From assembly GCA_964016885.1 (NCBI GenBank), contig OZ024743.1, positions 163,494,001-163,558,000 on the forward strand: a DNA stretch of 64,000 nucleotides, read 5' to 3'. The stretch's first letter is position 1. The number at the start of each line of letters is the position of its first letter. The notes below the pieces were generated by a model. It saw only the letters and a program-made list of their open reading frames with translations. It did no database searches and had not been told where the DNA came from. The translations under genes and the position numbers were made by a program. Source of the stretch: Eledone cirrhosa. Taxonomy: Eukaryota. Below are positions 12,800 to 25,808 of this stretch, in pieces.

Positions 12800-12906
12800 C
12801 CTTAATAACTATTTTTGAGAGTAAATGAAACTGATGGACAAAGTAGCAATGAACCTTGTTCCTAGAGCATAACACAATAGTTGTATGAAGGTTTGAACTC
12901 ATAATC

Positions 12907-13139
12907 TCATAGCCATTACTGGTCTTTTAAATGAGCTGGTATTGGTGAAGGCACATTTGAAATAATTCATAATCATTACCAGTCTTTTAAATGAGCTGGT
13001 ATTGGTGAAGGCACATTTGAAATAATTCATAATCATTACCAGTCTTTTAAATGAGCTGGTATTGGTGAAGGCACATTTGAAATAATTCATAATCATTACC
13101 AGTCTTTTAAATGAGCTGGTATTGGTGAAGGCACATTTG
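12907..13139. repeat. 60-bp tandem repeat, about 3.9 copies
   Basis: Unit attcataatcattaccagtcttttaaatgagctggtattggtgaaggcacatttgaaata. Confidence 0.95.
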
Positions 13140-13833
13140 GCAATCTAATTTGAGCAAAGTAATGTAAAATGGCTACAAAGCCAGCACATGAAATTAGTTC
13201 TCTTTAACTCTATAGTGCTCATCTGAACTGTTAATTGTTCATAGTTAGGTTATACAGTTACAGGTCTTTAAAGGTTGACAAAATGTGTGTTTCTCAAAGG
13301 ACATTGACAACATGAGAGAAGGGAAATGAAGTAACTATAGCCAACAGGAATAGAATCTGGTTTGTAGCAGACCTGGCTTACAAGAGATAATTTATAGTGA
13401 TTGCTGTGAGAATCAGTCATGTACTTTAACTCTTAACATTCTGTAATGATTTAGCATAAAATATCTAAAAACAGGTTTCTAAATTCAAATGTTTATAGTT
13501 TCTTTACTAATGTATAGGTCATTGTGAAGATTTGCAGTAAACTAAATTAAAGACTTAAAGACTAATTTTTAATATTGATGCCGTAATAGTGCTGTTTCGT
13601 AGTTTTCCAAAATATCTTACTAATGCAGTTTCATGTGGTACATAACATTAAAAGTTACATAGGAGCAGATTGCATTGTCAGGATTTTTGTCAGAGGCTTG
13701 GGGGGGGAGGTCTTTTCATTAAAAAAAAATTATCTTTCCCTATCCCTCCAATTTTAGGCAAGACAGGACAGGATGTAAATTAAATTAAATTGGATTAAAT
13801 TAAAGTGGATGGACTGGAATGCAAAATCTGGTT

Positions 13834-14033
13834 TCATGGTCGCATTAGAAAGAAATATGTAAGAGTAGCCACAGAAATGTACAAAGTGATACTAGAGATG
13901 TACTTTAGTGGAGCTGAATTACAGTAATCTGTATTGCAGACACAGGCTGTCACAGCAATCTTATTGTATGTTGAAGAATAGCAGGAATCCTTTTCTTGCT
14001 TGGAACACATTCTGTTCATTTCAGCTTTGTTGT
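13834..14033 (-). CDS. Ly6/uPAR (quiver/sleepless-like) GPI-anchored protein, coding exon 3
   Basis: Acceptor attacag|, phase 1; encodes (D)NKAEMNRMCS...CY...ACVCNTDYCN, then a hydrophobic GPI signal and TGA. Confidence 0.88.
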
Positions 14034-15121
14034 CTGTAATGAGAAAATGAGAGAGAGAGGTAGAAAGAAAAAGAGGCATACAGAGATAGATAGAGATAAA
14101 GAGATTTAATAAACAGTTAATATTTTCATTATTAATTTGGTATTTTCGACCCTTGTGGCCAATAAATGAAATCATTATTAATCTGGAACATAACTAAAGA
14201 TTCTTACATAAAATCATGTTAGGTTTTTATTTCAATAAAATCCTTTTGTAATCATATTTCCAATGAAATACCAATTATCATCATCATCACCATTTAACGT
14301 CCATTTTTCCATGCATTTGTCCCATTGTGAGTCAAGTCAGGTTAGATGACCATGTCTTGCTCATACAGAACTGTTTCTGACTTGATCCCTTTTCTAATGC
14401 CAACCATATTTACAGTGTGGACTGGGTGTTTTTTATTATGGCACCAAAACGACCACTTTACAGTGTGGACTGGGCACTTTTTGTGATAGCACTGGGAACG
14501 ACCACTTTACAATATGGACTGGGCACGTTTTGTTGTGGCACCAGAATGACCACTTTACAGTGTGGACTGAGATATATGGACCAATGTCCATGTATTTCAG
14601 TTAATCTTGGAAAAAAATAAAAAATTAGAAGGATTTGGTAAAATAACTAATTTCTGATTAAGCTAACAAAACATTCTTACATAAAATTATGACGAAAGGT
14701 TTTTAGATAAATATAAACACTTTAAACAGTTTTGTATTATAGAACCAGGGGCAGTTTCAGGTGGTTTGGTATTAAAAGGAGATATGATATAAGAAAGAAA
14801 AAAAATGAAGGCAAAAGTTGCAAGCTATAATATATAGGTAGTGAGATAAATTGAAGTTAGTGAACACTTTTGATCTCAAACTGCCTGAAACTGCCACTGG
14901 TTCTATTATACAAAACTGCCCGATTTTAAAGTATTTGTACTTATATTAAAATCTTCTATCATAATTTTATGTAAGAAATTTTTGTTATGTTTCAAACACC
15001 AACTTGATAAAAAAGTTAGTTATTTTACTAAATTCCTCTAATTATTTTTACTTTTTAAAAAATTAACTGAAACTCATTGGCAGTGTCTTTCATTAGATAT
15101 ATAGCAACAAAAGGGTTAAGC

Positions 15122-15502
15122 CAGTGGTTCTCAACTGGAGTCCATATAATAAAATGATAAATTGGGGTTCCACAATAGTATCTTAGGGGTCCATGAAAAA
15201 ATTTTGCTTTTAAAGAAAATACCTTAAGCCTTAGAGAAAGAACACAAATCAAACAATTAAGCAGTTGATCAAAAATTCCCAAGGGAATTAAAAGAAATCA
15301 AAAGAAACCACAAAGCTTGGGTTGAATGAAATAGCACTAATGTTTTTTGTATATTTATGACATGTTTTAATTGTGAACATTCATTTACCATGGAATTTAG
15401 TTGTTAAAGTTTATGTGCAATAAATTGATATTTCAAGAATTTTTTAATACAATTCCTGATATCTATGAGGGTCCATAGGTAAAAAAAAGTTGAGAACCAC
15501 TG
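15122..15502. mobile_element. hAT (Charlie/Buster-type) MITE, 381 bp
   Basis: Perfect 14-bp TIRs CAGTGGTTCTCAAC/GTTGAGAACCACTG; 8-bp TSD ggttaagc/ggttaaac. Confidence 0.9.
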
Positions 15503-15761
15503 GGTTAAACAATAAAAAGGTAATGTTTTTAGAAACTGTTTTCCAGAACATTCCTTTAAGTCATTGATAATCTAGTTCTGGTTCTATGAAATGAAATCAT
15601 ACTTTTTAATTAAATAAAATGTTCCAACATAGTTTTATACAAGAGCTATATCTTAGTAAATCCCTCATAATTAATTAATTGAAATACAGTGTGTAACTCA
15701 TTAGAAATACGATCACAAAAGGGTTAAAGGAGAGTTTTTAGAAAATATTTTGTTACATTAC

Positions 15762-15890
15762 CTGCATTCAATCCTCTTGCTTTTTTACAAGATCCTGAGC
15801 AGTCATAAACTTTCACATGTTGAAAGTCAAATGCATCTCCGCAATTTAAATTATCCGATAGAGAACAGGAATAACACTTGATGGCACTTG
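15762..15890 (-). CDS. Ly6/uPAR (quiver/sleepless-like) protein, coding exon 2
   Basis: tttgtag| acceptor, |gtaatg donor, 129 nt, phase 1-1; SAIKCYSCSLSDNLNCGDAF...DCSGSCKKARGLNA. Confidence 0.88.
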
Positions 15891-15994
15891 CTACAAAACA
15901 GGAAATATGATATTTGTTAGAAGTAATTCTACAAGTATGTGGTACACCTAACACACTACTTGCACCACCACCACTACCACCATATTTATTGTGA

Positions 15995-16260
15995 AGGTGT
16001 GTGGCTTAGTTGTTAGGGACGTTCAGCTCACAATTGTAAGGCTGTGAGTTTGATTCTTGACAGGACATTGTGTCCTTAAGCAAGACATTTTATTTCATGT
16101 TGCCTTGTAATCCAAAAGGCCAGCCTTGTCACATACTTGGTCATGCTGAATGTCCATGAAAACTAGGTTAAGGGTACACATGTTTGTGGATTGCTTAGCC
16201 ACTTGCATATTAATTTCATGAGAAGGTTGTTTTGTTGATTACGAATTGATGGAACTCCAA
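15995..16260 (+). mobile_element. tRNA-head SINE
   Basis: gtggcttagttgttagg...gagtttgattc...ccttaagcaagacatttt. Confidence 0.65.
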
Positions 16261-16309
16261 CACACACACACATGGTCATTGTGTCTTTAGTAGTTTCCTT
16301 TATTACAGA

Positions 16310-16981
16310 CATTTCTTCACATCATCTGCATCAATCTCAGTAGTCTGAGAAGAGATGGCTCAAGGCCAGACAATTTGGTAGAAAAGTATAGGAAGACTTG
16401 GGATGAGGTAATAAAAGCTGATCTTGCACAATTACACCTCTCAAAGGCAATGACTCAGGACCCCGACCTTTGGCGCTATGCAATTTTATGGAAGACCCAC
16501 CCTCTATTGTTCTCGGGATGAGGCTTATACCTAGTAGGCAACACCTTTCTCAACCTGCTACTCCTCTCATCCACCTCCCTTAGCGGTAACCATACCTACT
16601 ACCCTAGTCCCCACTGTGTTGTGTCGGTGACACAACAAAGGTGCCCAGTCCACACTGTAAAGAACATCCAGCCCACACTGTAAAGTGATCATGTAGGTGT
16701 CACAACAAAAAGTACCCAGCACACACTGTAAATGTGGTTGGTGTTAGGAAGGGCATCCAGCCATAGAAAACAAGCCCACACTGTAAAGTGGACGTGTAAA
16801 AGACATGGCAAAAAACACCCAGCACACACTGTAAATATGATTGGTGCTAGGAAAGACATCCAGCCATAGAAAACCAGCCAGAAATTCTCCTATATGAGCA
16901 AGAAACAGTCACACGACCCAACTTGCCTCTAATAGGGACAAACCCGTCTAACTCGGAAGATAGGCTTTAATTGATGATGAT
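16310..16981 (+). mobile_element. RTE LINE 3' end
   Basis: RKTWDEVIKADL, repeated cacactgtaaa 3'UTR motifs, gatgatgat tail. Confidence 0.75.
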
Positions 16982-19316
16982 CAATTGACACCCGTATATG
17001 CCTAGAGCAATGACTTCCAAATTTATTTCACTGCAGAACCCTTATACAATTTTCCTCACCAACTAAATTTTAATAAAAAATTAAATGAAATGAAAATTTT
17101 AGAAAGAGAGAATATAAAAAGAAGAAACAAATTTTAAATAAACAACATCTGATCTTATAGAACCTTAGACATTTTTTACAGGGCATTGTCACCACTTTAT
17201 ACCTTTAAAGAAGTGTTTTTCAATGTGGGGCATATATACTATGCTATAACCTATGAGCATGGAGGGATGAGGCATGTTTTTTGTGGGGAAGGGAATCAAA
17301 CAGGAGTTTGAGATTAAAAAAGTTGAGAAACACTGGTTCAAAGTAAGCCAACAACAAAAATTCAAATTTCAATTTCAATTCACAGTAACATATATTTAAA
17401 GTATATTTGTCAAAGACTAGTTAGATTATACCAATTTAAAATAGAACATTACAAAGGATTTCGTTTTACACTGTTTATTTAGTTACTTATTTTTAATGAT
17501 TTGGGATTGGAATATTTCAGAGGGTCAATGCGGAAACCTCTTACGTTGCGCTTCTGAAAACCTATGTCCTCGTGTTTAGTGTTGAAATTACAATAAGGTC
17601 ATGGGTTTGATTCCTAGACCACATAGTACATTGTTTTCTTGAGCAAGACACTTCATTTCACATTGAGTACTCTTTCTCTTGACTGACAACTATATATGGA
17701 TATATATATGCTAGCATGGAAAAGCAGACATAAAAAAGATGATGATGATGATAAAGGAAGACAATTAAATAGAATGTCATGAAGAATGCCAAACCAACAA
17801 AAAGGAAATATTTTGTTTTAATATTTTACCTGACTAATTAATACAGTAATCTTCATATGTGCTACATATGCTATTTTTTATATATCATTTTCTTTACATA
17901 TTATGCTAACTAACTATATGTACCTGCCACTGCTTTTTTACAAACATTTCCTACAACTTAATTAACACATTTTATTCTACTGATATAAAAGAAAAATAAT
18001 AAAATTCTAAATAAATAAACAGCACATAAACCCATTCACTACAATCTATTAGATAAGTTTCCACTCCTGGAGAGTCACCCAACATATTTCAATCTAACTA
18101 TATAGAAAAACTAACTAACAACTCTAAATTGTAATAACATAGAAATCACAGGTAAACATGGCTTGTTAAAAACATTCTATCTGCAAAACATGTCTTTGAA
18201 TCTAACTGCTTGCTGTATGCTAAATGGTTTTGATATTTTTTTTTTTTTGTTCTTTAAACTTGCAAGGTTGTTAAACCCTATATATTCTCTGTAAATTTCC
18301 TGGGGATATACGGATTATAGGTAATATGTATGGTGTAGTTAATTGTTAACTAATAATTTCCAGTTCTTCTACAAATGCAAATGCCATTATATCCACTAGC
18401 AGAAAATCACCCTTCGGGTGGTTTTCTGCTAGCATATGTAGTGTGTATATTGATATTATACGCAAGTATATATACATGTAGATATGATACATCAAATAAA
18501 ATCGTAATTGACAATATACACAGAAATTGAACGAAGACTGCATTACACTATCTTATGTAATCAGTATCGTAATCCATAATACATTAAAAAAAGACGATAT
18601 TATATATAAACTAAATCGATAAAATAAAGTACCAGTAATGCACTGGGTAATTGCTGGCCTTGTGCCTAAAGTAGAAACAATTATATATAAACTGCATTAG
18701 GAGAAAATTAGTGACAGAAAATTAATATGTTTATTTAAGCGATCGCCACCGGAAGTGTTGACATTTGAAAATTTTAAAGAAGTGAATCTTTAAATAAATA
18801 AATAATAAAATATATTTAATGAACAGCCACAAAATTTAGTAGATACATTATGTAATATTCATTCATTATTTATTCAAAGTAATCCAACTTATTTTACTAA
18901 TGGGATAAAAAATTATAAACCGTACGCAGTCCTGCACTTCTACCTTTATTATAGTTTAGATAATGAAACAAATGTAGAAATGAAGGAATAAATGTCAATT
19001 AATAACCTTGAATTTTTTTCTAATATTCATCATCATCATCACTGTTTAACATCTTATTTTTCCATGCTTGCATGGGTTAGATGAGTCAACCATATTATGA
19101 GACAACTGGTTAGTTGGCCGCTCCATACCTTGCTCAAACAGAACTGTATTTTGGCTGGGTACCCTTCCTAACACCAACCACATTTACAGTGTGGAACTAG
19201 GTGGCACCATTATGAGGAGGGTCTAGCCAGTTGGCCACACCATTCCTTGCTCATAGGCCGTTTACAAACGAATCAAATATTATTATCAATGTTCGATATA
19301 ACCCATACGTATATGT

Positions 19317-19370
<54 letters not shown>

Positions 19371-19640
19371 GTATATATATGTGTGTGTGTATGCACACTT
19401 ACAATTATGAATCAGCTGTGCTAGGGCGAGAAATATAATTCTAATTTTAGTTTTAGTTTTCAGCAAGGCCAGCCGTAACTTGCTCAGTATGCAAATCAGC
19501 CTACACATTATTAATGTTCGATATAACCCATACATACATATGTATGCGTATATGCATACTTACACACACATATATACATATACATATAAAAAAGTTAAGA
19601 ATAACATGGTTGACAAAACAAATAAGTGTATTTAATTATA

Positions 19641-19743
19641 GTCTTACAATTGTTTCCATTGTAGAATTGTCTATAAATTGCTAAATACTGGAGATGTACA
19701 AATCAACTTACAATACATATAAACATACCATTTCATCAGAGAT
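19641..19743 (-). ncRNA. Putative type I hammerhead ribozyme (Penelope-like element end)
   Basis: Minus strand: tct-CTGATGA-long stem II-GAAA-caattg-TA-agac; palindromic stem III. Confidence 0.55.
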
Positions 19744-20369
19744 CCAAAGTAAATATAAATATATGCGTAACGGTAAACTCAAAAATTCAAATTATTACGT
19801 TAATACTAATATTAATGATAAATAAACAGAGGAAGGGAGTTATTTGGAAATGATGAAGAACGAGAGGAAGAAGGAACTAATATATAGTTAAAAGTATAAC
19901 CGGCAACTATACGAAATCAACCTATCGTATTAAATATGATATTAATAATAATAATAAAGATATGTGTAGAGAAGGAGGGAAATATATCATAGGCGATGTG
20001 GAAAGATAGGTAAGGAATATGAACAAGAAATAGAGAAAAATCAGGAGGGATGAGGGAGTAGAGAGGTTTGAAATTAATCAATAATAAATGGATGAGAGGA
20101 GAAAAAATAATAATATATGGATTTGAGGAATAGAAAGATGAGAAAAAATTAAGGTACGGATGAGTATGCATTACTATGTAAAATAGTTTGATATATAATT
20201 GTTTCTACTTTAGGCACAAAGCCAGCAATTATCCAGTACATTACTGGTACATTACTGGTACTTTATTTTATAGACCCCGTAAGGATGAAAGACAAAGGAT
20301 ATATATAATATTTTATAAGATGAAGTGATCTAATGAGTAAGTATGAGTGGAGAAATATAAAGACATTTA

Positions 20370-23300
20370 GGCAGGGTGGTCGTCGGTCATCCCGTCTAAT
20401 TGGTTATTGTTTACTGGCTGGCATATCATCAAACAAAAAAGAACATACCTCAAGATTATATTACGTGAACATTTTAATTAAAGCAAATCATAATACTGGT
20501 TAACACATCAGTGCTCCAAGGTTGGGTAGTGGTTCATTATCGTATTATGCCACGACCGCATGGTGTGATGTCGCTGCATGGAACTGCATGGGGATTAGCA
20601 CGTCTGTTGTCTACGAGCTGTCATGGTCAGAGTGTTGTGGTGTCAGCAACTGACGTCAGAACTAAGGGCAGTTAATCGACTGGCTTCACAGTCAACGCTA
20701 GATGGCGTGATCTTCTACATGGCCGCCCACCAGATTTTTAGAAAATTAAATAAAAATCGGTTCATCGCATCATGTACGTAGAAAAACCGATTAGCAACCA
20801 TCAAAAATCCCAAACCAAGGAGCAATCAGCCCAACCGAGCATGAAGGGCACAACAAATTTCAAACGTACATATTAAAAAAGCATGCAAGAACGTGAAAGG
20901 AAAAAAAAACAAAAAAAACAATGTAATGAGATATAATTACAATTTCCTAAAAGTTCCAAAAGTCACTACAGGATTAAAGCACCGCACAATAGCAGTTTAA
21001 AAATATACCGTGCTACACAGTTTTTTTGGCTAATGAACCCTCCAACCGGAACGGGTCGTAGTCTTATATCTTGGTGATGGGGGTGACGAAGAAGCAGGTG
21101 TGTGTGCGAAAGAAAAAGACGGAGGCGTTTGTGGCTCAGGTGCGATAGCATCTGTATCCAAATGTGTTCGTTTGAAACCATTTCTCTGGAACCCTTAATG
21201 TCTACAGTGAAATGTTTCTCTGAACGAGCTAATACACGGTAGGGTCGAGAGTATGGTTGTGTGAGAGGTGGTTTCATGGCATCGTTTCTCACAAACACAT
21301 GGGCCCACGAGGCAATATCCCTCGGGACTGCAGATTTTACAGTTTGCTTCCTCGTATCCATCGGTGGCAGGTCCTGAAAATAAGAACGCAGACGGGATAT
21401 GTAGGAAAGCGGATCTTGTTCAGCAAAATCGACAAGGGCAAGCATTTGCCCAGGTAACGCTAGAGGAGCACCATATAACAAGGTCCTCCTTTATTGTTGA
21501 CCGAATCCCCAACAACACAATAGGGAGGTACTCGCTCCAGCGTGTAGTCAGGAGAAGTCCGTAGAGCGGCTTTCAGTTGTCGGTGGAAGCGCTCCACCAT
21601 TCCATTAGAGGCAGGATGATATGCTGTAGTTCGGATGCGTTTAGCGCCGATGATCTTCGTCAATTCATGGAAGAGGTTCGATTCAAACTGCCTTCCACGG
21701 TCCGTGGTAATTGACGTTGGCACTCCATATCGAGCGATCCATCCAGACACAAGGGCACACGCTGTGGTCTCAGCCATGATATCCCTCAAGGGGATGGCTT
21801 CAGGCCATCGTGAAAAACGATAAATTACAGTCAATAAGTAATTGTAACCACCGCTGATGGGCCAAGGTCCCACGATGTCCACATGGATGTGGCGAAACCA
21901 GGCGTCCGGGTTACTAAAAGTACCTAGAGGAGTCTTAACATGCCTGTGAACTTTCGATTTTTGGCAAGCAACACAGGAACGGCACCAGACAGTAATATCA
22001 CGTCTCATATTTGGCCAGAAGAATCTAGCCGTTATGAGTTTTACTGTGGCAGAAGATCCTGGATGTGAAATGCCGTGTAAAACAAAAAACACAGTTCAAT
22101 GGAACAAAAGGGCGTGACGCATCCAAAGAGACGTCGCAGAGGATCCGTCCGTCTGCGGTCGGTAAAGATAGGTATTTCATCCTGCAATTCACAAATTCAG
22201 GCGATGTAACATCCAACGATTCGAGGGTAGGCTGATCGGCTGCCAAGCGATTCAAATCTATGTCATCGGACGACGAGATCAAAGTAATCGGCAAACGAGA
22301 CAGGGCATCGGCCGCTGTATTCATAGAACCCAGAATAAGTCGAATATCATTAGTAAATTGAGAGATGAGGTCGAGATGTCTAGTTTCTCTAGGTGAGTAT
22401 TTGTCGGCCTTTGCTTGCAAGGTGAATGTCAACGGCTTGTGATCCGTGAAGATGGTGAACATTCTTCCTTCAAGCATGTGCGAAAAATGCTTCACCGATA
22501 AGTATATAGCTAACAACTCCCGTCCAAAGGTGCTGTAGCGGGTTTCAGCAGGTTTCAGCTTCCTGGAGAAAAATTCCAATGGTTGCTGTTGATCGTTTCT
22601 ACTTTGCTGCAAAACCGTGCCCACGGCAGTATCCGACGCATCAACACAAAGCGAAAGCTTAGCGTTGGACACTGGGTGAGCCAGCAAAGATGCATTGGCT
22701 AGAGCAATTTTCGCATTCTCAAAATCTTGGAGCTGAGTTTCATTCAAAGAAATGTCTCTATTTTTCTTTCGACAATTTTTCAAAATTTCCGTCAAAGAGA
22801 AAAGTAGCTTTGCACAATTAGGCACAAAACGCCTATAAAAATTCATCAGTCCCAAGAACTGGCGTAACTGACGTAGTGAGGATGGTGGAGGCAAATCCTT
22901 GATAGCCTTAACCCGCTCAGGAAGGGGCCGAATACCGTCAGCATCAATGACGTGGCCCAAAAAAGTCAGTGACTCAGCACCAAAAACTCATTTTGATGCA
23001 TTTATCCAGACATTACACTCCTTCAATCAGCGAAAAAGGAGATCCAAATGTTGCATATGTTGTACTTGAGAAGAACTAGCAATGAGAAGGTCGTTGATAT
23101 AGATATAGACGAAATCAAGACCATGAGTGACTTCATCCATGAATCGCTGAAAGGTGCTAGCAGCATTCCTTAACCCGAAAGACATGTTCAAAAATTCAAA
23201 CGATCCGAATGGAGTAATTATAGCCGTTTTCGGGATATCGTCTTTATGAAACAGGAATCTGGTTGTAAGCACGTACCAAGTCATTTTTTGAAAAAATCCT

Positions 23301-24046
23301 GCATCCCTGCAACGAAGATGCAAAATCTTGCAGATGAGGGATAGAGTAACTGTCCGGCTCTGTCATGGAGTTTAGCCTCCGGTAATCTCCAGTGGGTCTC
23401 CAATCGCCAGACGATTTTGGTACCATGTGTAACAGAGACGCCCACGGGCTCGTGGATGGGCGAATAATCCCGAGCTGCAGCATATGATCAAACTCGGATC
23501 GTGCTGCTTTGAGTTTGTCCGGAGGTAAACAACGGGGACGAGAAAACACGGGAGCACCGGTAGTGGTAATGAAATGCTCCGTGGTATGACTTGGCTCATC
23601 GACTCGAAAATTTCCTTGCGTCTGTTGCGGAAACGATTTCAACAATGCATGGTACGGATCTCCAGAGTTAGCGAGAAAAAACGTCGGGCTAACCGTAGGT
23701 ATTTTTGCCGCTTTGCTGACACTAACCAAACCAGTTATATCATCGACTAGGCGTTTGCGATGGAGATCCACCGTCAACGAAAAGTGGTGGAGATAATCCG
23801 TGCCTAGAATCGGATATGGCAAGTCGTGCCGCAGATTACGGAACTGCAAAGGAAGCGAGATTTGTCCAAAGGTCCGGATCGGTGAACAATTGACTGCCTG
23901 CAACTCAATCGGTGACTCAGGGAGAGTCTCTTTCATACAATTCAGAGGCCAAATAGAACAAGAGGCACCTGTGTCAACCAGAAAGGCTCTACCAGATAGT
24001 AGGTCCTCAATAAAGAAATGGCGGCTGGGCAATATGTCACCAACAT
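20370..24046 (-). mobile_element. 5'-truncated Ty3/gypsy retrotransposon
   Basis: PR-RT-RH-IN order; putative PPT ggtgggcggcca then TGTAG LTR start at 20719; gag and 5' LTR absent; left boundary uncertain. Confidence 0.85.
20966..24046 (-). pseudogene. pol: Gypsy pol (protease, RT, RNase H, integrase), frameshifted
   Basis: FLVDTGAS; GDYRRLN, FGLRNAASTFQRFMD, YIND(D); VDASD, TDHKPL, ADALSR; [30 protein letters not shown] across several ORFs. Confidence 0.93.
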
Positions 24047-24433
24047 TATATATATACATATATATAGAGAGAAAGAGAGAGAACTATACATCTTATGAGA
24101 ATACATAGTATATTGTATATATACAAAGCACATATTTCAAAGAAAAATAAGTAATATAGATGGAATCAATAAAATGTCTTATAATGCCGTTTCATGATCT
24201 GTAGTACCAAGACTTAAAATCAATCTAAGTAATCTATCATCGATCACAAACTATTGATTTTGGCAAAGCTATGGGAGACGCAAATGAATCATCAGAGGAA
24301 TCGTCAATTATATAATTTGAAATAAAATATACAGTTGCAATATAGTATATAATACAATATACCTGTTTATATCTGAAATATGTGATTTGTATATATATAA
24401 GATATTCTGTATTCTCTTTAATATATAGTCCTT

Positions 24434-24435
<2 letters not shown>

Positions 24436-24512
<77 letters not shown>
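24436..24512. repeat. (CT)n(AT)n microsatellite
   Basis: Visible dinucleotide runs. Confidence 0.95.
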
Positions 24513-24515
<3 letters not shown>

Positions 24516-25525
24516 TTTCAATCATTATTACTCTGGACAAACGTCCAGAAAATGAGACAGTGTGTCTGTTATGAACACTAAGTCCCCCTTGCGCAGAATG
24601 CACCTCCCAACATAACTTAATAGTTAGTGATCTCATAGTCAGGGCCAGATGTACTCGTCGGGAGAGGAATACCTAGAGGAGAAGATTATGGAAGTTGAAG
24701 GACCCCACAGCCAGTAACAAATTTAAAAGCATATGACTTGATGCTTTTGACAGTAAGGAAGAGCAATTAGGGACATACAATATAGAGGAACAGTGGGAAT
24801 TCCTGAAAATTAACCTGCTGAAGGCGACAGATGAAATCTGTGGCTGGAGCAGACTGTTAGGCAGGAGAAGAGTGAAATGATGGTGGAACAGTAAGGTGGA
24901 GGAGTTAATCAAGGGCAAAAAGTAGGCTTGGAAAGAATGACAGGATGTGGGTAGCAGAGAACTCTATCAGGTAGCCAGGGGAGAAGCTAGACAGCAAAGT
25001 ATACTTCGCAAAGAGGGAAGCAGAGGATAGTATGTTCAAGCATATTCTACAACGAGGATAGTATATTCAAGCATATTCTACAACGCGAGGACCCAAAACG
25101 TGAGGTGTTCAGGATTGCTAGTCAAGGAAAACCACGATATTGTCGAGGAGACGTGTGACCGTAATGACGATGGTATACTTGCCCTCACTGATACTGACAA
25201 GAAGTTAGCTTGGAAGTGTCACTACGAGAGACTACTAAATGAGGAGAATGAATGGAAGAAAGATAGCCTGCCCCACATTGATCCAACAGAAGGACCAGCG
25301 GTGCAGGTTAATGGTAGTATAATAAGTAAGGCAATCAGAGATATGAAGACAGGTAAAGCAGCTGGGCCTTCAGGGATAGTTGCTGAAATGTTGAAGGCAT
25401 CTGGAATGGTGGGACATCCTATGGTCACCTGGATAGTAAGCCAAGTAATACAGAATGGGGTCATACCAAATGACTGACGTAGCAGCATCATCATTAACTG
25501 CTACAAGGGTAAAAGGGATGCTCTA

Positions 25526-25795
25526 TGTGGTTAGAAAAAGCTATCTCACTTACCGCTTTTCATAGGCGCCGCTAAATCCCATTGCTGGTTTCTCCTCTTC
25601 CACGTGCGTCCAACTCATTAACACCGGGAGCTGCCAAAACTCGCGTCCACACCGTTCCTGGTCACTACTAGAGAGAGGCCGATCTGCTGGCCCTTCCGGT
25701 CGAGCACCCTTCTGGCCAAGCACCCTTCTGGTCAAGCACTCTTCCGGTCGAGCACTCCCCAGCTTCCAGCCACCGCACGCCACACCATACCCACA
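25526..25795 (-). repeat. 3' LTR
   Basis: Direct repeat of 29448-29717. Confidence 0.95.
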
Positions 25796-25808
25796 CGCCC
25801 CCCTGATC

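Noticed and set aside
12899-13096. Repetitive 65-aa ORF
   Set aside because: Artefact of the 60-bp tandem repeat
17554-17562. Possible 9-nt microexon (ttttcag|aagcgcaac|gtaag) on minus in Ly6 intron 1
   Set aside because: Frame-neutral but not needed for the protein; unsupported without RNA data
18749-18756. Isolated CCGGAAGT ETS motif suggesting a promoter
   Set aside because: Single motif; no linked exon found
24175-24300. Minus-strand CTGATGA...GAAAcggc hammerhead-like spacing
   Set aside because: Stems I and III do not pair convincingly
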